Shown in pieces: positions 22,010 to 31,695 of a stretch of 46,708 nt of DNA (position 1 is the first letter of the stretch; each line of letters begins with the position of its first letter). The position numbers and the translations under genes are program-made. The notes under the pieces are model-generated. The model was not told where the DNA came from. It did no database searches and saw only the letters and a list, made by a program, of their open reading frames with translations. Origin of the DNA: an uncultured virus (IMG/VR IMGVR_UViG_2124908030_000005) (taxonomy: Duplodnaviria > Heunggongvirae > Uroviricota > Caudoviricetes > Thumleimavirales > Hafunaviridae); the IMG/VR virus record IMGVR_UViG_2124908030_000005; one strand, written 5' to 3'.

Positions 22010-22217
22010 TCACGACGAACTATCAGCGACGGTGAAGACAAACGTAGAAGTGACGCTCGGCGACGACGGAGAGCAACTTCTTGACCTAGTAAAGCAGATC
22101 AAAGAAGCAACCACGGGTCTCGCGCTTGCTCGGCAGTCGCTTCAGCAAAACGGATACGACCTGTTGCTCTCAACGAACGACACTGGCGAACTGGTCGTTG
22201 AAGTCGTTTCCCAGTAA
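22002..22217 (+). CDS. Hypothetical protein
   Basis: Acidic 71 aa ORF overlapping the previous gene. Confidence 0.55.
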   Translation: MTNHDELSATVKTNVEVTLGDDGEQLLDLVKQIKEATTGLALARQSLQQNGYDLLLSTNDTGELVVEVVSQ

Positions 22218-22229
22218 GAGTGACACAGA

Positions 22230-22266
22230 GGCGGCCCTCGTTGGCTGCCCTGCTTTTTTTATTTAT
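22230..22266 (+). terminator. Terminator of the late operon
   Basis: GGCGGCC-ctcgtt-GGCTGCC hairpin followed by a T-tract (ctttttttatttat). Confidence 0.6.
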
Positions 22267-22303
22267 CCAGAGGACTTACACACCCGGAACACTACTTTAT
22301 CGT

Positions 22304-22508
22304 AACCACCAGAAGGCGGCGGGGTGTCTAACGTCGGGTGTTGGGTTAGAAACAAGGGTGAACCCCTAATCGCAAGAAGGCGTCGGGGTAGTCTCCTTCA
22401 GAGAGAGCCGTTACCCTACTGGGTTAGGGCGGATTCTTCACTCGCCGGCCCGCACAACGCCTGTGCGGCGTGATTAGGCTCTTTCCGTCGCTGCCTTCTA
22501 GGCTGGTT
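22304..22508 (+). ncRNA. Putative structured RNA or leader upstream of the integrase
   Basis: AGAAGGCGGCG (22311-21) pairs with CGCTGCCTTCT (22489-99); AACCA/TGGTT outer stem; internal CCGCACA/TGTGCGG hairpin. Confidence 0.45.
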
Positions 22509-22517
22509 GCCCGCACT

Positions 22518-23515
22518 ATGAGCCGACAATTCACAGTAGACGAAGCCGTATCGAGATACCTGCAACAGCGAGAGAGCAACCTGTCAGATGCCACACTACA
22601 CAACTACCAATCGAACCTCGGGACGTTTGCTGAGTGGTGTGAGGAGACCAACATCGAGAGCGTGAGCGACATAGACCAGTTCGATGTGGCTGACTATCAA
22701 ATAACCAGAGAAGCGGAAGGACTGGCAGATACGACGATCTACAACATTATGATGAGCCTCCGAGTCTTCATCAAGTGGTGTGAAGACATGGGCTTGCTCG
22801 ATGGCATCTCGCCGAGCATCCAGTTGCCAGATCAAGGTCGAGCAGCGAGGACCGAGACCATCGAACCAGAAGCGGCTGAGAATCTTCTGGAGTACCTGAA
22901 ACTATACGAGTACGCCACTATGCGGCACGCCATGTTTGCCCTGCTCTGGGACACGGGAATGCGAATCGGAGCCGCCCGGTCGCTCGACCTGCGAGACTTC
23001 AGTGATGAAGAGAATTATGTCGAGTTACACCACCGTCCGAATCCCTCGAACCCTGGGGGGAGCGGCAACTTTGACCAACACAGCGGCACTCGGTTGAAGA
23101 ACAAAGAACAGTCGGAACGCAAAGTCAACCTACACGCCTGGGTGACAGAAGTGCTGGTGGACTACATCAATGGTCGGAGGAACGATGTCATGGACGAGGG
23201 TAGGGAGCCACTGTTGACCACTTCGCACGGGCGGCCTGCCAGAAACACAATGAGGAAACGGGTGAACGCCATGACTAGGCCGTGCTACTACACCAATGAG
23301 TGCCCGGTAGACGAGAAAGAGATGAAAACCTGCGAGGCAACGAAGTATGGGAAGGCCGCTCAATGCCCCGAGAGCATTCCGCCGCACTCAGTTCGGAGAT
23401 CGGTGATTACGGCTTGGCTGGACGACGGGCACAAGAAGACGCTGGTATCCGACCGAATGGATGTGACCCCAGACGTGATTGACGAACACTACGATCAGCG
23501 CACTGAAGAACAGAA
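22518..23515 (+). CDS. Tyrosine recombinase/integrase (haloarchaeal SNJ2-like), last codons in gap
   Basis: Catalytic R (TGMRIG), K (RLKNK), HxxR (PHSVRR) and Y (DEHYDQR); N-terminal core-binding domain; Cys-rich insert. Confidence 0.9.
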
Positions 23516-24489
23516 NNNNNNNNNNNNNNNNNNNNNNNNNNNNNNNNNNNNNNNNNNNNNNNNNNNNNNNNNNNNNNNNNNNNNNNNNNNNNNNNNNNNN
23601 NNNNNNNNNNNNNNNNNNNNNNNNNNNNNNNNNNNNNNNNNNNNNNNNNNNNNNNNNNNNNNNNNNNNNNNNNNNNNNNNNNNNNNNNNNNNNNNNNNNN
23701 NNNNNNNNNNNNNNNNNNNNNNNNNNNNNNNNNNNNNNNNNNNNNNNNNNNNNNNNNNNNNNNNNNNNNNNNNNNNNNNNNNNNNNNNNNNNNNNNNNNN
23801 NNNNNNNNNNNNNNNNNNNNNNNNNNNNNNNNNNNNNNNNNNNNNNNNNNNNNNNNNNNNNNNNNNNNNNNNNNNNNNNNNNNNNNNNNNNNNNNNNNNN
23901 NNNNNNNNNNNNNNNNNNNNNNNNNNNNNNNNNNNNNNNNNNNNNNNNNNNNNNNNNNNNNNNNNNNNNNNNNNNNNNNNNNNNNNNNNNNNNNNNNNNN
24001 NNNNNNNNNNNNNNNNNNNNNNNNNNNNNNNNNNNNNNNNNNNNNNNNNNNNNNNNNNNNNNNNNNNNNNNNNNNNNNNNNNNNNNNNNNNNNNNNNNNN
24101 NNNNNNNNNNNNNNNNNNNNNNNNNNNNNNNNNNNNNNNNNNNNNNNNNNNNNNNNNNNNNNNNNNNNNNNNNNNNNNNNNNNNNNNNNNNNNNNNNNNN
24201 NNNNNNNNNNNNNNNNNNNNNNNNNNNNNNNNNNNNNNNNNNNNNNNNNNNNNNNNNNNNNNNNNNNNNNNNNNNNNNNNNNNNNNNNNNNNNNNNNNNN
24301 NNNNNNNNNNNNNNNNNNNNNNNNNNNNNNNNNNNNNNNNNNNNNNNNNNNNNNNNNNNNNNNNNNNNNNNNNNNNNNNNNNNNNNNNNNNNNNNNNNNN
24401 NNNNNNNNNNNNNNNNNNNNNNNNNNNNNNNNNNNNNNNNNNNNNNNNNNNNNNNNNNNNNNNNNNNNNNNNNNNNAAAAGTAACACTC

Positions 24490-24678
24490 CTATTCAGGTG
24501 TCGGAATCGCTTTCCACACATTGCTGCATTTACAATACCACTCGCTGATGGTTTCTTCCGAGCTATCTAACACTATCCGAGACACGCAATACACACCACA
24601 ATTCGGGCAGTGGCTTCCGTCAATAGCATATGATTCGTCCAGCTCAGAATCAAGCTTCTTTTTTGTAGTTCCAATCAT
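24490..24678 (-). CDS. Small Zn-finger protein
   Basis: HCPNCG...WYCKCSNVW. Confidence 0.5.
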   Translation of the reverse strand: MIGTTKKKLDSELDESYAIDGSHCPNCGVYCVSRIVLDSSEETISEWYCKCSNVWKAIPTPE

Positions 24679-24775
24679 GTCAAGGGTAGTGGACGTGCAT
24701 ACCCAACACACAACGCCGCTAGCACAGAATATTTTATACCCTATAAAGGCCCCGACTTAATTTTTGTGACTAGAA

Positions 24776-27325
24776 TCACAAATAATCACCAATCGCGTTT
24801 TGTTTTCTGCCGGTCATGGCCGCTTTCGCATCTATGTCAACCGCCGAAAGAATACGCTCCATCGGCGTTTCAACGACGACCTCTTGCATCCGAGCCACGT
24901 CTACCGCCAACTGATCTGCTACAGGCTGAATGTCTGATTCATCTTCAAAGCAAATCACGTCAGTCTCTACTGTTGTCCCAGCGACATCGAGGCCAGTTCG
25001 CTCCAAGTAGAGTCGTTTTGGCTTGTCGCTCTCGCCGAGGCTGAGATTGAGCAAGTCATTAGCTGCCTTCGCACCGCGAACTTGGGCTGTGTCAGAGTCG
25101 TACTCGTCTAGCGGCTGCCCGATACCGCCGGGAATTCCAATGAGGTCGGGGTCATAGTCGGTGCGGTCAATCTTACGGCTCGCTTGAAACACGCGGTCGC
25201 GGATTTCTGAGTTGGGTTCGCCATCAACAATCATAGTGAGTGTTTCTTTCTGGAGACGTTCGAGCAAAGTCGCACAGTCTGATCTCTTTGCTTCAAACCC
25301 TTTGATGCTGTACTCCGGCTCGTCCAGGCGGGCGTCAATGTCCATGCCTTCTTTCCAGACGCTCTTTTTTGCGTACCGCTTCTTTCGGTTTGCCTGAAAC
25401 ATGGCCTCGCTGGCGTCTTCAATCTCCATCTCCCACTGAGACTCTGCCGGGTCAATGCCCCACTCGCCTGCGAGCTTCGGAAACTCAACGCCATTGAGGC
25501 GGGCTACGATCTGGTGGGTTTCTTCGAGGCTTTCCGTGATAGTCCACTCGTTTGGGAAGGAGATGTAGCAACTATCGGTGTCGCCGTAGATTACGTTGCC
25601 CGGAGTTTCCTCGTTGATGTACTCGGCGCTGCGCTTTACGACACGCTGAGAGAGCGTGGTGATAGCCTCAGCAACGGGCTTGTCGTACATGAAGAACCAC
25701 ACCCAGCCCAGCACTCCATATAACCCGTTTCTGATGCGTTTACGTGCCTCTCTTGACTTGTTGTGCTTGTTCCACATCTCTGTCCCCGGCTCGTGCTGAT
25801 CGCGGAGCCTGCCCGCCTGCTGAGTTAACTCTAGCGCCTCGTCCACGACCTGCCGGAACAAGCCGTCGTTCTCGTTGCTGAACACTGCGCCGTTGGGAGC
25901 GGCGGTGAGGTCTCTGTCGTCTTGCTTGATGTACTCCTGCGGGTTCTCGGCGTGGGTGATTAACTGCTCTGGCGACGAGTTAAGCATCTTCATGGTGTAC
26001 GGATACAGCGAGGAGAGGTCAATGCTCACCACGTTCTGCCGCCTGCCCTCGAATGCGTCGAAGGTGTAGGCTCCTTCGTATCCACTGTCACCGTCTGGAG
26101 GCGTGCCGTCTGGGCCTTTCTTTTCGACTTCCCAGAGTTTGCGCCGACACAGCATCTCGATGAAACTGTTAGCCTGATAGGTGTCTTCATAGTCTACACC
26201 CACGGTATCTTTCAGTTCCTCGCGGTCGTCCATGATGCCTGCTTCTGCGTTGATGTCCACCATGAGAGACACGTCCCGGCCATTGTAGCGGAGCAACTGC
26301 TCGGCGTCGTCTTGCCACATCTCGTGGATGCCTGCCTCGTGTTCGATCTTACCGTGGTCGTCGCCCAACTCCATTGACGCAGCGTTGTTGAGGCGGCTGG
26401 ATACGTCACTAACCTGCATCTTCGACCACGCTTTCATCAGATCGTACACTGCAACGCCGGTCACGGCTGGTGTTCCCCGCCGAACCCCTGCTGCTGGGGC
26501 AGGTCCACGGCCCATGTCGCCAGGGTTGAGACCGATTGCATTGGCTCGCTCAATGAGATACGGAGCATCGAATCCGACATTATTCCAAGCGAGCAAAGCA
26601 TCAGGTTGAATTTCTGAAACGAAGTCAATCCATCCTTTGAGCATAGGCTTCTCGGTGTGATAGAAATGCAACTTGTCGAGACAGCCGGGTGCTTCCTGTT
26701 CCTGCATCACAGTCGGAAGAACCTCTGATGGCTGCCTGTCACCGAGCGAGACAAAGCCGTGATACTCCTGAGTGTAAGAGTCATACGCGCAGATCGTAAC
26801 CACCTCGGAGTCAGTATGAACCACGTCGTCTCCCTGGACTGGCATGGCTCCCCGGTCGTCTATCTCAATGTCATAGTAGAGATAGCGCGGGTCAGCGTCA
26901 ATCTCGACTGGCTCTAGTTCCTCGGGCCGCACACGCCGCTTGTTCGTCTCCACGCGAATGCCACTGTAGATGTCATGGTCTATTCGCAACCGGCTCTCGA
27001 AGTCCACGTCGGCCTCGAACGTGCTGTCATACTGCTCTTGGAGACCGCGCACGCCGCCGGGGTGTGTTGCTGTGATTCGAGCGAGGCTGTCGCCGAAGAT
27101 AGAAGTCGCAGATGCGGTGTCATTGACGCGGGCTAGGTCGCTGTGGTCTTTCGGTTGGAGCGTGTCGGCTTCTTCTTCTGGCACAAAGAAGTACGGCTCA
27201 AAACCAGTCACACGCACGCGCTCTGGCTCGCCGTCCGGGGTTCGACCGTACAGAATAATCTCAACGTCGCCGTAATTGTCTGGGTAGTACGTCCGGGTCT
27301 CGGTGATGTACATTTCCGTAGCCAT
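24776..27325 (-). CDS. polB: Family B DNA polymerase with 3'-5' exonuclease
   Basis: YYDIE, WNNVGFDAPY, YNGRD, DLSSLYP, KRIRNGLYG, YGDTDS and KKRY motifs; no intein seen. Confidence 0.95.
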   Translation of the reverse strand: MATEMYITETRTYYPDNYGDVEIILYGRTPDGEPERVRVTGFEPYFFVPEEEADTLQPKDHSDLARVNDTASATSIFGDSLARITATHPGGVRGLQEQYDSTFEADVDFESRLRIDHDIYSGIRVETNKRRVRPEELEPVEIDADPRYLYYDIEIDDRGAMPVQGDDVVHTDSEVVTICAYDSYTQEYHGFVSLGDRQPSEVLPTVMQEQEAPGCLDKLHFYHTEKPMLKGWIDFVSEIQPDALLAWNNVGFDAPYLIERANAIGLNPGDMGRGPAPAAGVRRGTPAVTGVAVYDLMKAWSKMQVSDVSSRLNNAASMELGDDHGKIEHEAGIHEMWQDDAEQLLRYNGRDVSLMVDINAEAGIMDDREELKDTVGVDYEDTYQANSFIEMLCRRKLWEVEKKGPDGTPPDGDSGYEGAYTFDAFEGRRQNVVSIDLSSLYPYTMKMLNSSPEQLITHAENPQEYIKQDDRDLTAAPNGAVFSNENDGLFRQVVDEALELTQQAGRLRDQHEPGTEMWNKHNKSREARKRIRNGLYGVLGWVWFFMYDKPVAEAITTLSQRVVKRSAEYINEETPGNVIYGDTDSCYISFPNEWTITESLEETHQIVARLNGVEFPKLAGEWGIDPAESQWEMEIEDASEAMFQANRKKRYAKKSVWKEGMDIDARLDEPEYSIKGFEAKRSDCATLLERLQKETLTMIVDGEPNSEIRDRVFQASRKIDRTDYDPDLIGIPGGIGQPLDEYDSDTAQVRGAKAANDLLNLSLGESDKPKRLYLERTGLDVAGTTVETDVICFEDESDIQPVADQLAVDVARMQEVVVETPMERILSAVDIDAKAAMTGRKQNAIGDYL

Positions 27326-27344
27326 TGTTACAAAGAAACCGCAG

Positions 27345-27385
27345 ACCTCTCTCGGGAATCGAACCCGACAAGGCCAGCAAGAGGC
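27345..27385 (-). ncRNA. Mini-tRNA-like element upstream of polB
   Basis: GCCTCTT-gctggccttg-TCGGG-TTCGATT-CCCGA-GAGAGGT. Confidence 0.7.
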
Positions 27386-27404
27386 AAACAGTTAGAAGGC
27401 TATT

Positions 27405-28310
27405 CTAGTAGTCCCAAGTCGAAGGGCACTGCGGCTGGTAGTCGCACCAGTCGCAGAGGGGCTGCTCGTTGATCTCAAAGTCGCTACGAGTCACTGCTAA
27501 CTCATGGAGGTCTTCAATTACCTCTGTGATGGTGTCGCGTGTCTGCTCGTTTGGCATTGAGCGCACGACGTTGCCATCTGCTGTGGGATACATACCGATT
27601 GCACCAGCCACGTTGAAGCCCTCCTGTTCGAGCATCCAAGCGTAGAATTCTAAGTCCACATGAATCCCAGAATCTCGATACTCTTTCTTCGGGAGTTTCC
27701 CAGTCTTGTAATCCACCACAACATAGCCCTCGTTGCTCTTGATCTCCCGAACTGAACGGGCATCGAGCAGGGCGTCGTAAGGACCGAGCCACGGCAGGTC
27801 GCCCACTGGTGGGTCTTCGATGGTGAGGCTTTTCTCAAGACTGTGAGGCGTCCATGCCCCCAACGCTTTGTGCTTTGTCTTGATGTTGGCTCTCGCCGTC
27901 TCGTATCGCTGTAACTCCCAGTCGAAGAACGGGCCAATCCAATCTATGAATTCAAACCACTCTGTGGCTGGCCCCATGAGATCAGTGAGCGAGGCAGGGA
28001 ACGTCTGATTGGCCGCGACGAAGGCTTTGAGGTTGTGATGATACTCCTCGAAGGCGTCATGGATGTGGGTTCCCCGCCGCATATAGAAGTTCTCGCTGGC
28101 CCGCTCACCAGCGAGGTACTTGTAGGCGAACTTGCGCGGGCACTTCAGAAACGTCTTGATGCGGCTCTTGGAGATGTGGGGCAGGTGGTCGGAGGCTGGC
28201 TCGTCGCCATAGAAATCAACGGCAAGGTCTTTTTCGCCCCCCGTGCCAAATTGACTGCCGGTTGGGACCTCGACTTCTGCATCTACGTTGCCGCCGAATC
28301 GGTCACTCAT
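27405..28310 (-). CDS. Cas4-like PD-(D/E)XK exonuclease
   Basis: SKSRIKTFLKCPRK, GTHIH, DAL...VVDYKTG and C-terminal CDWCDYQPQC. Confidence 0.85.
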   Translation of the reverse strand: MSDRFGGNVDAEVEVPTGSQFGTGGEKDLAVDFYGDEPASDHLPHISKSRIKTFLKCPRKFAYKYLAGERASENFYMRRGTHIHDAFEEYHHNLKAFVAANQTFPASLTDLMGPATEWFEFIDWIGPFFDWELQRYETARANIKTKHKALGAWTPHSLEKSLTIEDPPVGDLPWLGPYDALLDARSVREIKSNEGYVVVDYKTGKLPKKEYRDSGIHVDLEFYAWMLEQEGFNVAGAIGMYPTADGNVVRSMPNEQTRDTITEVIEDLHELAVTRSDFEINEQPLCDWCDYQPQCPSTWDY

Positions 28311-28551
28311 GGCTGTCTCGATTCTCCATCCAACGCCGGAGGTTGCTGCGGACAGTCTGTGCTTCAAACGCCCGCGAAAGTTCCGTGGTGTCTACTTTAT
28401 CAAGGTAGCTGTCCATCAGACCAAGCCCCTCAACGTACACTTTGTCGTTGTCCTGGTCGTTGATAACGAAGTACAACTGAGCAGTTTCGGCTTCGTATTT
28501 GTCTTCTTGATTCTTCAGTTTTCGTAGAAACTCCTCAAAGTCCAACATCAT
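28303..28551 (-). CDS. Hypothetical protein
   Basis: Acidic ORF overlapping its neighbours. Confidence 0.5.
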   Translation of the reverse strand: MMLDFEEFLRKLKNQEDKYEAETAQLYFVINDQDNDKVYVEGLGLMDSYLDKVDTTELSRAFEAQTVRSNLRRWMENRDSHE

Positions 28552-28735
28552 ATTGTGCCTCCAACTCTGCAACGTGTTCAGTGATCTCAACTGCCGTCTC
28601 TAGTTCGCGGTCGTCGCCGTCGTCAGTCGTCCGAAATTCGATTACCGTGCGTTCTTGGCTGGCTGCTCGCTGTAGAATAGAGAGCAGTGTTTCTTTGTCA
28701 ATTCCAAAGCCAACTTGAGTGGGTGAGTCAGTCAT
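28535..28735 (-). CDS. Hypothetical protein
   Basis: Acidic ORF starting MTDSPT. Confidence 0.5.
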   Translation of the reverse strand: MTDSPTQVGFGIDKETLLSILQRAASQERTVIEFRTTDDGDDRELETAVEITEHVAELEAQYDVGL

Positions 28736-28757
28736 GATAAATAAAAAAGCTGCGAGC

Positions 28758-29165
28758 CTAGTCGTACCGCCCAGCCGCCGACGCATCACGGGCCATCTGT
28801 GAGTCAGCCGAACTGAGAATCAGCCCGCACTCAGGACACAGTTTCTCGCCGCCCTCATTGACGCGGCCTACTACGTCGTGGGTCTCGTCGCTGCACTCGG
28901 GGCAGACAAGTTCTTTCCAAGCAACCGCGTGGCGCTGGATTGTCTTGCTGGAGCGACCCATATCTATGCGGCACAACACCGGAACCGCCTCGTTATCCGG
29001 TGGAAAGCGGTCGCCTGTCGCACTGGTGTCATACGTTTTCTTGATGCCGGTTCCTTCATACACGCTGGATTCTCGAACGCCGGGGACCTTCCAGGCTCGG
29101 TACAGATTGTGGGTTGATTTGAGAGAGAACGATTCGGCCTTAACTCGGCTTTCTTTTGTAGACAT
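28758..29165 (-). CDS. Zn-ribbon protein (TFIIB-type ribbon at the C-terminus)
   Basis: CPEC...GEKLCPECGLIL. Confidence 0.6.
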   Translation of the reverse strand: MSTKESRVKAESFSLKSTHNLYRAWKVPGVRESSVYEGTGIKKTYDTSATGDRFPPDNEAVPVLCRIDMGRSSKTIQRHAVAWKELVCPECSDETHDVVGRVNEGGEKLCPECGLILSSADSQMARDASAAGRYD

Positions 29166-29221
29166 TAGAGTAGACGTGGCTGCGATTAGTGAGCGAGCGA
29201 GACTACGCGGCAATAATTGTA

Positions 29222-30448
29222 CTACTCGTCCAGCGTGTCCCCGAACTCAATCGGGTACATAAATGTTGTGGGTCTTTTGTCGCTGACTCCATGCACCGTG
29301 GCTGTTGGCTGAGTCCACTCTGACAGTCGCTCCTCGAATCCTCCGGGGGGCTTCGGGCTACCCGTCATGAACACGTTGCGGTTGCCCGTGATGGCCTCGA
29401 TTCTGAACGAGTGGTAGTGGCCTCTGTACGCCTGATCGAATCCGTGCTTGATCTGCCAGCCTCTCCAGCGGTTCTTCCCAGCCGACGTGCCGATATGTTC
29501 AAGCGAGTCTTCGCCGTGGCGCAGGTGGAACTTGTAGCCCTTGTTCCGCCGCTTGTAGCTCTCCTTGTCGCCGCGAACGAAGAAGTTAGTGAAGTTGGTG
29601 CTACTATTCCGAATCAGCGTGACGTTATCGAGTCCAGAGTCTCGTCGCACTGCTTGGTCCAACATCATGTAGACAATACGATCAGCGTTGGCTCCGTTGC
29701 TGTAACTGGCATCGAGCGCCCCGTGGTTGCCAACTTGGCACACGACCTGAACGCTCGGGAAGAAGTCAGCAAGACGCTGAATCTGCTCAAGGAACGTCTC
29801 TGCTGCAATCTCGATCTGAGAGTCGAGCGTTTCCTCGATGTGAGCTTGTTGATTCGCGTAAATCTGCTCTCCTGTAACGTGGTCGCCGCCGAGCAAGAGG
29901 TGGGCTGTATCGAACGTGACGCCCGCCTGCTGCTGTCTTTCGACCAACTCCATCACCTGCGAAGTCACATATTCTTCGCGGTTGACGGCAATCTCTGTAT
30001 CGTAGACTGTCTCTCCAAATTCGTTGGTGACAACATCTCCGATGTGTGTGTCCGTCCGATGAATCACAACGTCTTCGTGCTGGTCGCGCAGGCTGTGGCC
30101 GCCGTCAGCCACCGGAGGCTTGGTTCGGTCGAGCATATCAGTGAGACGCCGCTCCATGCCGTTGAGATACTTGTTGAGCCGTTCGGTCTTACCTCGCTTG
30201 TTGCGCTTTTCTTCGGAGTTTTTCGGGTTGTTGTTCGTCGGGTGAGAGGTAGTAGAATTCATCGTGAAGATACGTTTTTCGCCGGAGCGGGTTGCCTGTG
30301 AGCAGATACCGTCTTCGCTGTCTCGGAGACTCGATACGTGATCTCGCGCTGTGCTTTTCGTGATGTTCAGTTCATCCGCAATCTCGGCGTAGGTCGCGCC
30401 GTTATCAGAGAGCAATTCGTAGACTAATTGTTGACTGTTAGATTTCAT
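29222..30448 (-). CDS. HTH plus calcineurin-like metallophosphoesterase
   Basis: N-terminal ATYAEIADELNITKSTARDHV; DTHIG, GGD, GNHG, HG and GHYH motifs. Confidence 0.85.
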   Translation of the reverse strand: MKSNSQQLVYELLSDNGATYAEIADELNITKSTARDHVSSLRDSEDGICSQATRSGEKRIFTMNSTTSHPTNNNPKNSEEKRNKRGKTERLNKYLNGMERRLTDMLDRTKPPVADGGHSLRDQHEDVVIHRTDTHIGDVVTNEFGETVYDTEIAVNREEYVTSQVMELVERQQQAGVTFDTAHLLLGGDHVTGEQIYANQQAHIEETLDSQIEIAAETFLEQIQRLADFFPSVQVVCQVGNHGALDASYSNGANADRIVYMMLDQAVRRDSGLDNVTLIRNSSTNFTNFFVRGDKESYKRRNKGYKFHLRHGEDSLEHIGTSAGKNRWRGWQIKHGFDQAYRGHYHSFRIEAITGNRNVFMTGSPKPPGGFEERLSEWTQPTATVHGVSDKRPTTFMYPIEFGDTLDE

Positions 30449-30461
30449 AGTAGACGTAGAG

Positions 30462-31688
30462 TTACTGCTGGTCAATTTGCAAATCGTCGGCTCGATTGTA
30501 GATGTGACACCCTTCTCCAAGACAGAACTGCGGTGCGCTCTCCGTGATGGAGCGACACACGAACGAGCTTGGATGGTAGCGGGCTATCACATCTCGAATG
30601 AGACTGCGGGAGTAGCCCTCGTCAAAGCGAGGGATGTCAGAAAACAATTCAATCATCACGCCAATCGGGACTTCATGCTTGGCTAGTTCTTTGATTACGT
30701 TGATCTCCATTTCCCGCGACGACCCTCCGTGCCGGTACGCATCATCGCGGTCAAGCCACGCACCTATGCACGGCTTGTTTTTAATGAGCAAGTTACGAAC
30801 TTTGGAAGCAGTTATCTTGTCGTTGCTAGCGTCTCGATACTGCTCCAGCGTGTCGTCGTTGCGATAACTCGACTCTCCGGGCTTCGTGCGGATTTCGGAT
30901 TCTGATGCACTCTTAACGTGTTCGGTGAGAACATTGTGCGCCCGCTCGGACTGCGAACGAAACGCTGCATCAGGCAATGCTCGTGGCTGTTTGGTTAACT
31001 CAAGATACTTGTCTGGCGTGAGATTAGCCAACTCCTCGACGGAACTGGCAACACAGAACGGCGTGTAGTCAACGTGTTTAGCGCCCGTGTGGGGCGTGTT
31101 GGGATGCCTCGCCAGCCGACCGAGATCGTGGCTAGTTACGTCTAACCAGCGGCGAATCTCGATGCCAGCCTCATTGGCAAAGTGGTCAATGATCTCCTCT
31201 GCATATTGCTGGAGTCCGTTCTTGTACTGCTGAAGCGAACCCAACTCGCTCGACAACGGCTCGAAGTCAATGTACAGGTGAATGCCCTTGTGACCTGAAA
31301 GGGAGACACGAAAATGCTCTGTCAAGCCCGCGTCCATGATTACACCTGAAATCATGCGTGCGCGAACGAGCAACTTGGATATGTCGCGTCTCCAGTGTTC
31401 GGTCTCGCCTCCAGATTGAGGGTCATAGACTCCTTCTCCTGCCGGAATGTCGAGGTCAAAGAACAGTGTGTCAATCTTTGGTATCTCTCCCTCCTGGCTG
31501 TGGCCGTGTGGAAACGAGTACACCGACACGAATCCGGGGCTGTCGGACTGGCTTGACTTGCTAAGGTTGTCAATCAGGCTGGGTCGGGTCTGCACTGTGC
31601 GCTGCTTCGGGCCGTCACCGTGAGTTGACTTTCTTGGAAAATCTGGACACCATGACATACTGGCTTCGTAAGTGAGTGCGCGGTCCAT
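30462..31688 (-). CDS. Archaeo-eukaryotic primase, catalytic domain fused to a PriL-like Cys domain
   Basis: FDLD, SGHKGIHLY and D...LAR motifs; C-terminal PCI...C...C...C. Confidence 0.8.
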   Translation of the reverse strand: MDRALTYEASMSWCPDFPRKSTHGDGPKQRTVQTRPSLIDNLSKSSQSDSPGFVSVYSFPHGHSQEGEIPKIDTLFFDLDIPAGEGVYDPQSGGETEHWRRDISKLLVRARMISGVIMDAGLTEHFRVSLSGHKGIHLYIDFEPLSSELGSLQQYKNGLQQYAEEIIDHFANEAGIEIRRWLDVTSHDLGRLARHPNTPHTGAKHVDYTPFCVASSVEELANLTPDKYLELTKQPRALPDAAFRSQSERAHNVLTEHVKSASESEIRTKPGESSYRNDDTLEQYRDASNDKITASKVRNLLIKNKPCIGAWLDRDDAYRHGGSSREMEINVIKELAKHEVPIGVMIELFSDIPRFDEGYSRSLIRDVIARYHPSSFVCRSITESAPQFCLGEGCHIYNRADDLQIDQQ

Positions 31689-31695
31689 TGAATCA

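Noticed and set aside
22304..22508. Structured region as RNase P or SRP RNA
   Set aside because: I could not find the RNase P GAGGAAAGUCC-type or SRP helix-8 motifs on either strand.
18552..23515. Invertible tail fibre locus driven by the recombinase
   Set aside because: No inverted fibre fragments or flanking inverted repeats were seen, although the gap at 23516-24477 hides some sequence.
23516..24477. Long ORFs extending the integrase
   Set aside because: These are artefacts of translating the N run.
29411..30301. 296 aa + strand ORF and similar antisense ORFs
   Set aside because: They shadow well-supported opposite-strand genes and have no motifs.
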